The notes beneath the pieces were generated by a model that ran no database searches, was not told the origin of the DNA, and worked only from the letters and a program-made list of their open reading frames with translations. A stretch of DNA of 64,000 nt from Podarcis melisellensis (Eukaryota), in assembly GCA_964234715.1 (NCBI GenBank), contig OZ174282.1. The stretch is one strand, 5' to 3'. Below, one piece after another: positions 52,081-64,000 of the stretch. Made by a program: the position numbers and the translations under genes. How positions within the stretch are numbered: the stretch's first letter is position 1; every line of letters begins with the position of its first letter.

Positions 52081-52453
52081 TGAAGTAGAATAAGCCATAA
52101 AAACAGAGGCGGCAACTGTTGCTCACTTAAGAACCTGATAACAGGTCCACTGTGATTGTAACTGTTCTCTGATCATATGATATGACTTTCCATACTCTCA
52201 AATGAAACTAGGGCTTTTTACGACAATGAACACTGTGCACAACAAAAGAAACATTTGCCTTGGATCCTTGTTTTGGTCCTTCACCATCAGGTCTGCACAA
52301 CATAAGGCCAGGGGGTGGGGGTGGGCTATAACAGTCCCATCCTGCAACTATCTACAGTCCCAAACACCTACTTGTTGTAGCTTTCCCCCACCATTTTGTG
52401 AAAACATCTGCAACCTGAACAAGCCAGTCAAAACAGCTGAATAGGAAGCATTA

Positions 52454-52718
52454 GGACCCCCTCCACAAAATACATTTAAAGCAGTATTGTGCCACTTTAA
52501 ACAGGCACAGCTTCCCTCAAAGAATCCTGGGAAGTGTAGTTGGTTAAGGTTGCTGACAGCTGTTAGAGAACTCTAGGAATTGTACCTCTGTGAGAGAAGA
52601 AGGGAACTTTCCTAACAACTCACAGCAGCTTTAACAGATTATGGCTCCTGGGATTATTTGGGATTACTGTTTAAAGTGGCATGATACTGCTTTAAATAAG
52701 TATAGTGTAGATGGGGCC
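52454..52718. mobile_element. PIF/Harbinger-type fold-back MITE
   Basis: TTTAAAGCAGTATTGTGCCACTTTAAACAG / CTGTTTAAAGTGGCATGATACTGCTTTAAA inverted arms; terminus GTGTAGATGGGGCC; left flank TTA. Confidence 0.8.
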
Positions 52719-53189
52719 TGGGTTAGAAATATTATCCACTACCGATATACTGGGATGCCATCCTAGAATTATTTAAAAGGCAAAAATGGCCCTGCTTTAC
52801 ATTTGCAATTGATTAAATATTATTCACACCCACACCCGTCACTGCTAATGCGGAAAATGCAGGATCAAACACACCATGAGAAGTTTTGCCACATTACCTC
52901 TACTAAAGTCAGTTTACATTATTTCAATGTTGCCCCCAAAAATATTGTTTGTGGTCATTCCAGAACCTATTTCATGAACTGCCAAAGTACCTTTTACTAA
53001 TTTGTGTAGTACACGAGCTTTCCTTTTTCATAATAGATTTTAAGGTCACATTCTTGAAGATTTGCTGAGAGCAAATTTCAAACTGTGTGTTGCATTGCAA
53101 TCTGCAGTTCACAATCTTAGTTAATTATATGAGCCATCCAGTCAAGGAACAAAACAACAGCAGCAGCAACACTTGACAGAACGGATCAA

Positions 53190-53507
53190 AATGTGTGTGT
53201 GTGAATATGAATATACAATTGAGAATTTGTGCTGTGTTGGTTACTTCTAAGAGCTATGTGCTATTGTTTGTACCCCTAATTGGATGACTAACTGACCGAC
53301 ACAGCAGAAAATTTGAATTGTATACTCACGTTGTCATTCAACTTGCTCTTTGCACAATCATTGGATAGCGACGCAACACATCCAATCGGAACACAGCTCC
53401 ACGCCATTCACACAGCCAATCATAGCACAATGAATTGTAACATTTCAACAAAATCAAGAAGTATTCACTGGAGAAAATCTGCAAACGACTGTGGAATGAC
53501 ATCCCTG
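53190..53507 (-). mobile_element. Ancient amniote repeat, MER121-like
   Basis: Minus strand begins CAGGGATGTCATTCC and contains GATTGGATGTGTTGCGTCGCTATCCAATGATTGTGCAAAGAGCAAG and ACAATAGCACATAGCTCTTAGAAGTAAC, which I recall as MER121-like; not verified by search. Confidence 0.5.
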
Positions 53508-53634
53508 TGATCTGCTTGGAGATATGTCACCAAATGAAGAAAAGCAACATTTAAAGTATTTCAGCACTACTCTAAATAGCTGATTCCTCTACATCATAAT
53601 ATGGAGAATGAAGCTTCTGCACCTTAATTAATAG

Positions 53635-53820
53635 TGCAAAAGAAGACTAGGACCTGGAAAAGGCCAGGGTTCAAATCCCTACTTGGACATGGGTGACCTT
53701 GGAAACTGGCCACTGTCTCTCAAACTAAACTACCCCACAGGGTCATTGTGGGGATTAAGCGAGGAGGGGGAAAACCATATGCACCACCAGTAGGATATAA
53801 ATACAAGAAATCAATCAATA
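53635..53820 (+). mobile_element. tRNA/CORE SINE with L2-type tail (Squam3-like)
   Basis: GACTAGGACCTGG...CCAGGGTTCAAATCCC (B box)...GGGTGACCTTGG...TCTCTCA..CTAA.CTACC.CACAGGGT..TTGTG.GGAT...GGATATAAAT. Confidence 0.8.
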
Positions 53821-56504
53821 ACGAAGTGGCTTGTTTGTGTACTAAGAAGGATGTGAGCTGAGGCTCATTGTGCTGGATTTGTGATTCTGTGGCTTCTTCT
53901 CTTTTCTTTTTTTAAAAATATCTCTCACAAAGCTTTGTTGGCCTCTTTCAAGACGCCTCTGGTGTGAAGCTTGACTATAACACTCCTCTGCATTAGTGTT
54001 GCCAAAGTCCCAGTTCTGGGGATGTTCTCCCACTCTGCGTAGGCTTCTAAATGTCATGGAATGTGGCTTTAAGCAAGACAGCATGTATATGCCCACGAGG
54101 AAAGTGTACAGGTGTGCTACAGCAGTGTGTGCTATGCATAGAAATCATAATCCCATACCACTAGGTAGTAGAATTGTCCTATAATTCTCCTTTTTAAATA
54201 GCCCTGTCTCCACAAGCCATGCTTTAAAAATGCCATTTGCACAGCAATTTATGGTGTAAGCCTAACCATGTCCTCTTTGGGGGAAGTTCTATTGAATTCA
54301 GTGTAGCTAATTCCCAGCAAAGTGGGGTCCCAATTGCAACCTAAATGTTTGAGGATCTGAGCCCTTTCCACTGTGCAAAGTTATCTCATTTGATCTGGGC
54401 ATTTAGTTTTCAGACTAGAACACATGCCTATCGTTTTTATTTCTTGCTCTGAGCTTGGGGCAAGCAAGGGAGCAGCTTTTAGTTACTTATCATTTTTAAG
54501 CTTTTATTATGGGTAAGGGCCTCAAGACTTGGAAGTGGCTTGGGCCTCTTTGAACATTTGAAAGGTCCTGGCTGCAGACTACCTGCATGAAACTCATTCA
54601 CAGACCACAGTTTGGGAATCCCTGAGCAAGTTCATAATGGTTTAGCTATTTAGGGACACACTTGGTTGAAATCAAAAACAAGCTCTTGTATTAGCCCATG
54701 ATAGCCACTGCACCCTAAACTGGCAAGAGTGGAGAATTCCTCCTCCAAGTCATCGAAACTCAGAGACATGCAATAGGAGCCAAACCTCAAGGATAGCAAA
54801 CTTTGAAGAACCTAATCTCCTTATTCCAATAACAAAAATCTATCTATCGTGTCACATGTGTCCAAAGTCATTGGGTTGAGAACAAAATGTAGTTAGTACA
54901 AATGAAAAAGCCTAGGAAAACCATAAGCTCAAAGTGATGAACAAAAAACCCCCCACTTTTTGAAATGACACCAGCTAAATTGCCGCAGGACAGAGACAAA
55001 CAAAGTTCTGCAAGCTGTACACCCAGAAAACAAAGGCTTCCTATTTTGGTTGCAAATAATTAGGCATAAATCTGGCTGGGTACTCCTCTTTCTTTAATCG
55101 CTAATAAAGTTTGAGCGAAGCTATTTTTTGCAGTGTTCCTTTCTGTATCACTATTGTCAGCTTCAAATCTCAAACGCAATTGGAGTTATAATTACATTTT
55201 AAAAAATAGCATTAAAATGACATTAAGGGCTGTAATTGGAACTTCTTGTCCTTATGCACAGAACTTCTAAGATTAGCACTGGGGATCCCACATATTTCAC
55301 TTGGTAGATGCCATATTAGATAGCCAGATAACATATTGTATCTGGCTATCTAATATGTTATAATATTTGTTTCAAGAATAGGCAACTACCTCCACTCTCT
55401 TAACTCCCCTGCTTCACCTCTTGGTTCCTACGTTAAAAAAGAAAAGGAGTATGCCTCTGGAATAACACTGGCTTTAGCATAAGCAATGCTAATGTTACAT
55501 CAATATAAAGTAATAACACAAAGGGTGCACTGGGTGGAATGCAGACTATGAGAAGAGACTACTAAAAAATTTTTGGATGATGGGACCATAGGCTTTACAA
55601 TCCTTCTTAAGCAGACAGCTCTAAAAACTATTTTTAAAGGTCATAAATTAGGTAGTCTCTTAAATGTAATTCAATCATCTACTTTTAAAGTAGCTAGATT
55701 CTATTAGTTGTCCCTTGCATTTTACAAAAACATAGCTCCATTAACATTATTCACTTACAGTTTCCATCTATGAGTAGATATTCTGTTCAACCAGCTTTAA
55801 ATAGATTCTTTTCCCCCCTCTCTTCTTCTGAAATTGCTATTAAGCATATTTTTACTGCAAGGGCAAAGTAGGCATAGGATTATGCCTGACTCCATGCAAA
55901 GGATAGATTTTCAGCAAGCAGAACCGCATTCCTATGAAGTAAAAATACTCGATATAAGCCGATTGTTTCTATCCTTGCTCAGTAAGGACTCTCCTCTGAT
56001 CTTCAGAATTACACGCAGGTAGCCTAGTAAGGATGAACAGGACTGCTCTGTTACTGCACAATGCAACCAGTTTTCTCTCTTTTGAGAGTTTAGATTTAAA
56101 GAATTTAAAGTACAGCATTGCTTGGGAGTTCTCAGGGTGTGTGTGGGGGGGTGCACATTGGCTTTGAAAAGTTATCCCATAGTCACTGGCTTCATAAAAC
56201 CCCTACAAGCTGTAACCCCAGACTGCAATAAAATGTTGCTTCACCAATAGCAATCCTCAATTGGGAACTGACATCCCTAGTAGACTGAAGATAAAAATTA
56301 AAAATTAAACACTTGTCTCTGCACAGTCAAAATTCAATTGTTTCAATTTTGTTATCCCAAGGTTGGTACTCTGTGATAACAACCTCTGTATAGATAAACA
56401 AAGAATTCCAACCATACATCATCTTCCTGTTTGCCTTAAGTCAATGGGTCAAACAATGTTGTGTGAAAGCAATTAGCACACACATGTTTTGTTATGTAAC
56501 AGAT

Positions 56505-56960
56505 ACAGATGGGAGAGAAATTCAATCCAATTCACTTTTAAAGGCAAACCTACCTAATCTTTACTTTCTGAAACCATTCAAGAACCAGAACACAGCCACC
56601 CTTCAAACTGTGCACTTCTCTGAATTTTGCAAGGGAATTCGTCAGTCAAGTAGCATGTACCAAGATGCATATACAAGGTTAAAGTGTGCATAAAAATGTA
56701 TTTAGTAATTAAAAACAATATGCAGAAATGAATTATATTATGGCCAACTGCTCTGCAAAAATGGGTCTATTTGGCAAAATTACATGCAAAAATGTATATA
56801 TTGGGAGAAAATTACATTGGAATGCAGATAAATTTCCACGAGAACCTTTAAAAAAGAGAAAAGAAAAGTGATGTGGAAATGTGGAGAACAGAACTTAAAA
56901 GTGGGGGGGAATGAGAAACTGAGAGACTCCAGTAAAGGATTGTCACAGATAAGCCCGAGC
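56505..56960. mobile_element. Decayed lacertid non-autonomous DNA element (hAT-like) with internal AAAAATGTATATATT-type repeats
   Basis: Begins GATGGGAGAGAAATTCAAT; tandem degenerate CAAAAATG..TATATT.G units at 56690-56820. Confidence 0.55.
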
Positions 56961-58261
56961 TGCATGAACAACACAAGGGGTCAAAACAGAGAATTCAACC
57001 CTCTCTCTTCTGCCATGGTCCCAACAGAATTTCCCACCCCCAGCTGCTGTTTATATCAAGAAATAAGCCTCCTTTTTTTAAAACAGCATTGGCTGCTTTT
57101 TAATGAAACAAGTACACATTCCCTGCATCCACACAATCCTCTGTCAAGGAATAGCCAAGGTAGCCCCCCAACCTCCAAACACCTAGGCTGCAATCAGAAT
57201 ATTCTGGATTAGACACCAGTCTTACTGAAGAAATTGACATGGAACAGTCCAGCCAAAGGAGTTGGCGGCAATCCAATTTGAGCTTCCAAAAGACCAACTT
57301 CCACATTATACGCTTGTACTGAGTTGGCATGTGGTCTGGCTTCTTGGAATTGTGGGGACTGGGCAAAATGAAAACACAATTGTAATTGGCCCAGAAAGAC
57401 ACAAATTGTGAGCACTTGGGGTTTCAGTACCTGATGATATGATGGCATATTTTACCACTTATTAATTTGTACCTTAATTAAATTATTATTATTTTATGTA
57501 CATGAAACACAATCATGTTCAGCTGCTCTTAAAAAATAAATAAAAAGCCTGTCTTCTCGTGGGTGGGTTGGAAAGCACTGAGTTCCCCCCCTTTCCATTT
57601 TGGTTCCCATTGTTTTAATTCTATATATTGCACACATGTGTTCTCACAGCGCGGCACACTTAGTTATCGGAAACATCTGGGGTGCCCATGCTGTGGAGGA
57701 GGTCAGCTCTGCTTCTACTCTAACTGCCTGTCTTTATTAATTTATTAAGCTCGGATTTGCTGGTGGTACAGTCTTGGAACACTGTTGGAGGGCATAGGTT
57801 AGATTCAGTAGCAATTCTCCCCAAGAGCAAGCATAAATAGGACTGTTTGAATTATAGGGAAAGCCTCTCATTTCTTGAGGAACCACAACACAGGGAATTT
57901 TAACTGACGCAGAAATACGAGCACAAGGTTTTTGAATGGCATGAGTCCGGGTGATTTGTAAAGCGATGTGAAGTGTCTGTGTGGAGACCCCACAAGTCTG
58001 TTACTTAGAAATAAAAATGTGATCGGATATGAACCATTAAAGATGGAACAAGCTCTGACATGGACTTATATTATTCAAACACCCTTGTACCTTTCTGTTT
58101 GAATAGAATGCTAATAGTTTATTTCGACATTGTCTTCTACAGCAGAGTACTTCAGTACTGTAAAGTTTGCACAGTCCTTTCAGTAAGTTAAGTAGATGGA
58201 GCCGGTTCAGTAGATCAAAGTACTATAGTTCCTCTTCCCTTTGCATCATTGTTGTGAAGTA

Positions 58262-58470
58262 CAGTGGTACCTCGAGTTAAGTACTTAATTTGTTACAGAG
58301 GTCCGTTCTTAACCTGAAGCACCACTTCAGCTAATGGGGCCTCCCGCTCCCGCCGCGCCGCTGGAGCACGATTTCTGTTCTTATCCTGAAGCAAAGTTCT
58401 TAACCTGAAGCACTATTTCTGGGTGAGCAGAGTCTGTAACCTGAAGCGTATGTAACCCGAGGTACCACTG
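58262..58470 (-). mobile_element. Tc1/mariner MITE, copy 3
   Basis: TA-CAGTGGTACCTCG...CGAGGTACCACTG-TA perfect TIRs; reverse-complement homology to 517-742. Confidence 0.93.
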
Positions 58471-58499
58471 TACTAACTATCCCCTTGCATTTAGTAAGA

Positions 58500-58590
58500 T
58501 GTTTCAGCAGTGCTCTTTAGCTTTAGGCCCCCAGATGGCATTGAACTACAACTCCCATCATCTCTAGGGGATGATGGGACTTTGAGTTTA
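58500..58590. mobile_element. Fragment of palindromic hAT MITE
   Basis: CCAGATG...GAACTACAACTCCCATCATC...GATGATGGGA. Confidence 0.65.
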
Positions 58591-60478
58591 CTCCACTGAA
58601 TATGTGAATTACTATTTAGCTTCAGCTCTTTGCAAGAGGGTTACCAGTTTCTGTGCCTTAAACACTATCTATAGTACACAATGCATTAAATCACTTAAGG
58701 GGAGTGCCCTACTTCAAGAGAAAAAAATGGGAATGCAAAGTACTGTCAATAGAATAGAACCACTGCAAATGTTGAATGCTTTGAACATGGTCTTTAAAAC
58801 AAAACAAAACCTAGTTTTCAGCTTAATCCTGTTGCTTTTAAAAGGTTTGAGTTTCAAGAGCCTGCCCTGGCTACAAAGACAAAGGCAGTAATGTTAAAAG
58901 TTACGCAAAGTCCCCTCTTTTGGAAACAATTTGTCTGTACATAAAAAAGAGAGAGAGATGGAATTAAGCCGTAAATACTCTAGGTATAAACACAAACAGC
59001 TTTATTGCAGGTTTTTCCAGAACTCCCAAAGACTCCCAAGACTGATTCAGGGAATAATTATGGTATGGAAACGTCATGCAATTTTTGTCACTGATCTTTT
59101 CCATGCAAAGTCAGTTTCCATGTGTATTCAATTCAAGGTTCAAAATTGAAGACTTATGTGGGGGGGAGGAAAAAAATCATAAGTGAAAAATGGAAAACAT
59201 TGCCATGGGGCACAGCCCAATTCCCATATGAAACGCTGATCAACTAATCATAAAAGCACTAAGCAAAAAGTTATTATACAATTAGTTGCTGGTAGCCTAC
59301 AAAGGGGGCAATCTATTCACTCATCAATTGAGCTGGCCCACAGGCTTCTTCATGGTCCAGAGAAGATGAATGTTATGGCCCAAATGACATATTTAACACA
59401 AATGTAGTCCAACAGTCCCTTCAGAATATATATTTGAAAGCTTCAAATGGGCACAGTTCCCCCTAAGGACACAACTTCTATGACCCCACCCTCAGATATC
59501 AGCTTTCTGAGGACCCTATCCACCAAGACCATCACTATCAGATGCAGTGTAGCGAACTTAAGATTTAAAGTTATATCAAATGACGTGAACACCTCAACAC
59601 ACACACACCCCATTTTTAATATGATGCCATAAAGTCTGAGTTCACATCTACTAAGGGTGTAGGATCTGACCCTCTGAGCCCTCATGTCTCCTGATTTGAT
59701 TTAAAACAAACTAAAAAACCAGTAGATTGCCCGTTGTGTGTTTATTGTATGCAACATCACAACTGAAATGTACTCTGCTGGTTTTGTTTCTGTTGAACTT
59801 GTTTCTGTTGTTGTAAAAGAACTATCAGACCACTATCCCACATGTTGCTCTTGTTGTTTTTATCATTAATAATTGATGCTATTGATAATGATTCAATTTA
59901 TATCCACCCTTCCTCCCGGAGACCTGGTTTGCACCATGAAGTTTACAATCCGAGATTTTGTTGTTGTTGTTGTTGCTTTAAATCAACTTTGTAGTTCCAA
60001 GAGCCAAGATCCACCAAAACCTTAAACGTCAGAAGCATTACTTTGTTCTTGCTTTGCAAAAGTAAAATTTAACTTAACCATTTTGAGTGCTTAATTTAAT
60101 CTACAAAGCCATTTTTCTTTTCTGCTCCAGCGCAGAATACGTTGTGGGAAGGATGATTTGCCCTATTAATCTAAAGTTGATTTTTCTCTCCAGGATTATG
60201 GAGAATATGGACCGCTTTCCTTCTCTGTGAGACAAGTTTGACTTTCCTTCCTTGCTTCATATGGAACACCATAGATGCAAGAAAGGTTGAAATAGACTTC
60301 TTAGTGCCATGTTTTAAAACACCCACAGCTGACATCCGCCCCACCTTGGGAACAGGTTGGAATGAAAACACATCTGTGACCCAAACTGTGTGCAAATTTT
60401 CTCCAATGTTTTATTTTGTTAGCGAGTACAATTGTGAGGGATGACATTTGAGGTGGGAAACTAGGAAGAGTATCTTTT

Positions 60479-60676
60479 TAGGAACATAGGAATTTGCCAT
60501 ATAGAGGATCAGACACTTGGTCCCATCTACGTGGCTCAGTACTGACCACACTGGCTGGCAGCAGCTCCCTGGTGTTTCAGACAGGAAGGAATCCCAGCCC
60601 TACTTTGAGATGCCAGGGATTGAAATGGGACCTCCTGCATTCAAAGCTCGTCCATTGTCCATTGGCCCTTCCCCTC
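60479..60676 (-). mobile_element. tRNA-derived SINE with CR1-like tail (Squam2-like), near full length
   Basis: TAGGAACATAGGAA tail, CAGAC..TTGGTCCCATCTA..GCTCAGTA body, GAGATGCCAGGGATTGAA..GGGACCT.CTGCAT head (reverse B box). Confidence 0.8.
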
Positions 60677-62549
60677 TGATGGATTTTCTACTAAAAAAAA
60701 AAAAATAGCCCCCAAACTCTCTTTTCCTCATCCGCAGTAGAGAAAAGCAGTTGGGGGAATGTTCTTAGTGGAAAAGCTACTAAAATCCTCCTTCCCATCT
60801 CCCCATTCCACTCTAGAGCCTTTCATGGCTGCATTTTGCAATAAAACACAATGTTGGAGACAAACTACATGCAACTGAGTGTCATGTATAATTTGTGGTT
60901 TGATGAGGAATGCAGAGCACCCAAAGAGCAACACTATGGTGTTGATACAGGCTGCAAGTGAGGAGTATAAGTGGGACATGGGAATTTGGCTTGCCCTTAA
61001 CAACCTTGGACAACTTTCCCGTGAGCTTGGAAGGATTGCAATTCCAGGCAGTCATCTAAAAACGATACAAGTTTTGCAGTGCGGATATACCCCTCCCCCC
61101 AACTATTTTACATCCTATGCTGAAATCTAAACCTAACTCATTACTATTATTTATTAAATTTATTAGTTCCTTTTTTGCCATGGCAACTCAAAACGACTTA
61201 CAATATTTTAAGCAAAAGAACATACACATACATACATTAAAAAAGCATTTACAAAATAATAATCTGTCATTCTATGCTCAATTAAATACTTTTGGTCACT
61301 GTGGGATTTTCTTTTGAACAAGAATCTGCTGCAAATCTAAGACATGTTTCTTACCAGTTGAATTTTAAAGGAAATATGGGCTATAAACAGGAGCACTACA
61401 ATGTAGAGTAGGTGGGGGGGTCACGCTTGAACCTATCACTGTGTACAAAACCAAAAGTTTCAATGGTGTGATTGAGCAGGACAAATATGAAACTATGGAA
61501 AACACATTGGCAAAAAAGCAGAGTGGCATGGCATGTGTTTTCACACCCAAATACACATATGGTGTGCTTTGGAGCTTGCATCACAAGGAGGCGTGTGAAC
61601 CCTCAGATGCAAAACATGTGTGTTGGACCAATTAATCGTTCTCACCATTAAAAAAACACATTTTTTCAAGCCTGGGTTAAAAAATACATTTAGGGGTTGC
61701 ACTGAAAGGTTTTCTATTCTTCAAGAAGGAAATGCCCTACAAACAATAAAATATTAACCAAATTTCTCTAATTAGATGGAAAATGTCCTCATCAAGGAAA
61801 GAAGCCAATTTAATTCAGTAGCTCAAAACTAATGCTGTATGATGCAGCCAGCTTATAACTTCTGGAGCATATTAGCTTCCTCAACACCCCAGATGTTGCA
61901 CGGGAAAGATAGTTCTCATTCTCAAGCATGTGGCAAGTGGTAAATTTAGAAAACTCCCAATTAATTCAGGAGGCTTCCACTGCAGATCAGTTTCTGGGCT
62001 TTCTTTGCACAATACACAAGTGACCTGTGGGGAACCAGAACAAATACAAAGACTGGGGCCCATCCAGACTGGTGTTTCATTTACAGTTGCATTATTTAGT
62101 CATAGTACATTGGTGATTAATTTATTCTGCTTTAGTCTGTTCCTTGATGGTGCCCCCAATCCTACACACTATTGGTGTTCAGAGAGGTTACAGAGGTACA
62201 AAAGTGGGGTCAAAAATAAACTAGAACATTTGTGATTAAAAAAATAATAAGAATTGGGATTTCAGTAGGAAGTTGCTGGATATGCACTGATTAGAAGTGA
62301 AACAGTGTGACTATCCCAACTGTTAAAGGGCACAAACAGCAGTGGAAGTGGGATTGTGTGTAACCACCCCAAGAGCAACATAAGAACAATCTTCAACCAT
62401 GATAGTTGAATGAGCACAAATTAACAATAGAAGGGATATCTGGAGGAGCCCTAGATACACAAACAAGTATTAAGGGGATTCAAGTGGGCCCATGAAACAA
62501 AATGCGTGAAGTGTGTGAAGTGCTTCTGATCAGGATAGCATTCCACTCC

Positions 62550-62710
62550 AGGAAGGATGCTGCCTTATTCTGAATCAATATCCAGTTTGATATTGTCTGC
62601 AGTGACTGGCATCAACTCTCCAAGGTTCAGGCAGGAAGCCTCTCCCAGCGCTACCTGAAGAAGCCATTGGAGATTGAACCTGGGACCTTCTGCATGCAAA
62701 GCAGACTCCA
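62550..62710 (-). mobile_element. tRNA-derived SINE (Squam2-like)
   Basis: GATTGAACCTGGGACCTTCTGCATGCAAAGCAGA is a reverse tRNA-Ala-like head; body matches the other copies. Confidence 0.8.
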
Positions 62711-63374
62711 GCCCACCCTTAATGGATGGCTGGGTTGGGTGGTTGGCATATGAACTGTTGATTTTTCCATTGACTTCTGTGGGTGGTTCTCACTTCTGTT
62801 CCTGGGGACATGTAAAAATAGTATAAACCAGGAGATGTCCTAGTGAGACTATGAGATAGTACCAGCTACTCTTTTAATATCTATTTGGATCTCTTCCTGC
62901 ATCCTTCTTTTCCAGCTACACTTTCCATCCCCCATCCTTAAGCCAGTTTCCAGCTTTTCTTTTCAGCTATCAGTCCGCATTCCACTCCCAAGTCTGTTGG
63001 TGCCTCGCCACTTGTGCATGACTCTTACAATTTTGGCTACGAAAGCAAAATGGCACTCAATGAAGGGACTCGGAATATAGGCTTGGTGTTACTCCAGTAA
63101 TTCTTTGTGACACTCATTCTCAGTGGATTGCCTGCATGCCATACAAGCTGTACCAATCCTCAAATTACTTCCCACTGTCATTTCCTAACAACAATCTCTG
63201 TTGCAAGAGTGCCCTACTCTTGCCTATCCTGTTTATTCATGTCCCCTGTAGCATGAAGTTATGACTGGAAATAATAGTAGAGATTCTGCTTACTGGCAAA
63301 GAGCTCCACTCAGAACATGAAAGACACCTGAATCTTAGATAAAGCATTTACACTTGAATCTGCTGCACTTGTTC

Positions 63375-63440
63375 AGGAATGGGAAACCTCTGGTCCATGG
63401 TCAATCTTGACCCATTAGGGGGTTCAATTTGGCCTGGACA
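63375..63440 (+). mobile_element. Left terminus of a decayed hAT element
   Basis: CAGGAATGGGAAACCTCTGGTCCATGG...TTTGGCC resembles Charlie-type 5' ends; right end not identified. Confidence 0.4.
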
Positions 63441-64000
63441 GAGCTGCCCACAGAGCTGCCCACCTCCATCATCATAATGTCAGATGATTGACAGGTGGGT
63501 GACCCCACTCACCCACTCATAGGGTGGATGAAATGTTTCCCCCGAGTTTGAGGAAGAGACCTTTCCACCCTCCTCTCTCTGTGCATTCCCTGCATCATCT
63601 TCAAATCTACTCCAGAGAGTTGGGGGACCTCCCACAACAGATTTAGAGGGCATGGAGGGAGAGAGGGAGCAAATTGCATTGCATAGTCAAAAGTCCTTGC
63701 ACTGATGGAACAACATAACTGAATATTCCTCATAGTACATTGAACATTCTTCTTTTTTCTACTTATATTCCTTATGCACAGTTGGGGGGCAGGGGATAGC
63801 CACTAGAAACCTGGGGGTAGTCATATGGTTGCTGTCGTACTTATATACTTGCAGTAACCAATTTTGCACTATTCATATACAGTGCACAAGCATAGGGTAA
63901 AAAGGAAATATATTGTTGAGACTGAAACACGAGCTGCTAATCCTGCCTTGGAAAGTAAGGGTTTATGGCTGGCTTGCTCAAGAATCTAAGTAACAACAGA

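Noticed and set aside
53330-53467. 138-nt minus-strand pseudo-exon (TTTTCTCCAG acceptor, GTGAGT donor)
   Set aside because: Stops in all three frames, and it lies within a putative ancient repeat; no support as a coding exon.
60175-60290. Strong plus-strand splice acceptor TTTTTCTCTCCAG
   Set aside because: No convincing donor; the frames I checked close within ~16 codons.

Overview
Vertebrate genomic DNA, very likely from a squamate and probably a lacertid lizard, judged from a full-length Sauria SINE and lizard-type SINE/MITE families. I found no credible host protein-coding gene. The six-frame ORFs are chance ORFs, repeat translations or transposon remnants. The window looks like a large intron or gene desert: SINEs, L2/CR1 LINE fragments and Tc1/mariner-, hAT- and PIF/Harbinger-type MITEs alternate with repeat-free, TAAT-rich, CpG-retaining blocks that resemble conserved non-coding elements. 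Most notable observations: (1) a hAT (TTF zinc finger/DUF4371, ZMYM1-like) transposase fossil at ~45.8-47.8 kb, reconstructable across three retroposon insertions; (2) five N-runs whose lengths are all 4 mod 8, suggesting algorithmic masking rather than assembly gaps; (3) a candidate 19-nt minus-strand microexon inside a CNE-like block; (4) a MER121-like ancient element; (5) ZNF143/THAP11-type ACTACAnnTCCCA motifs carried by two unrelated MITE families. Family names come from recognition by eye, not database searches. I cannot establish a new biological system from this sequence alone.
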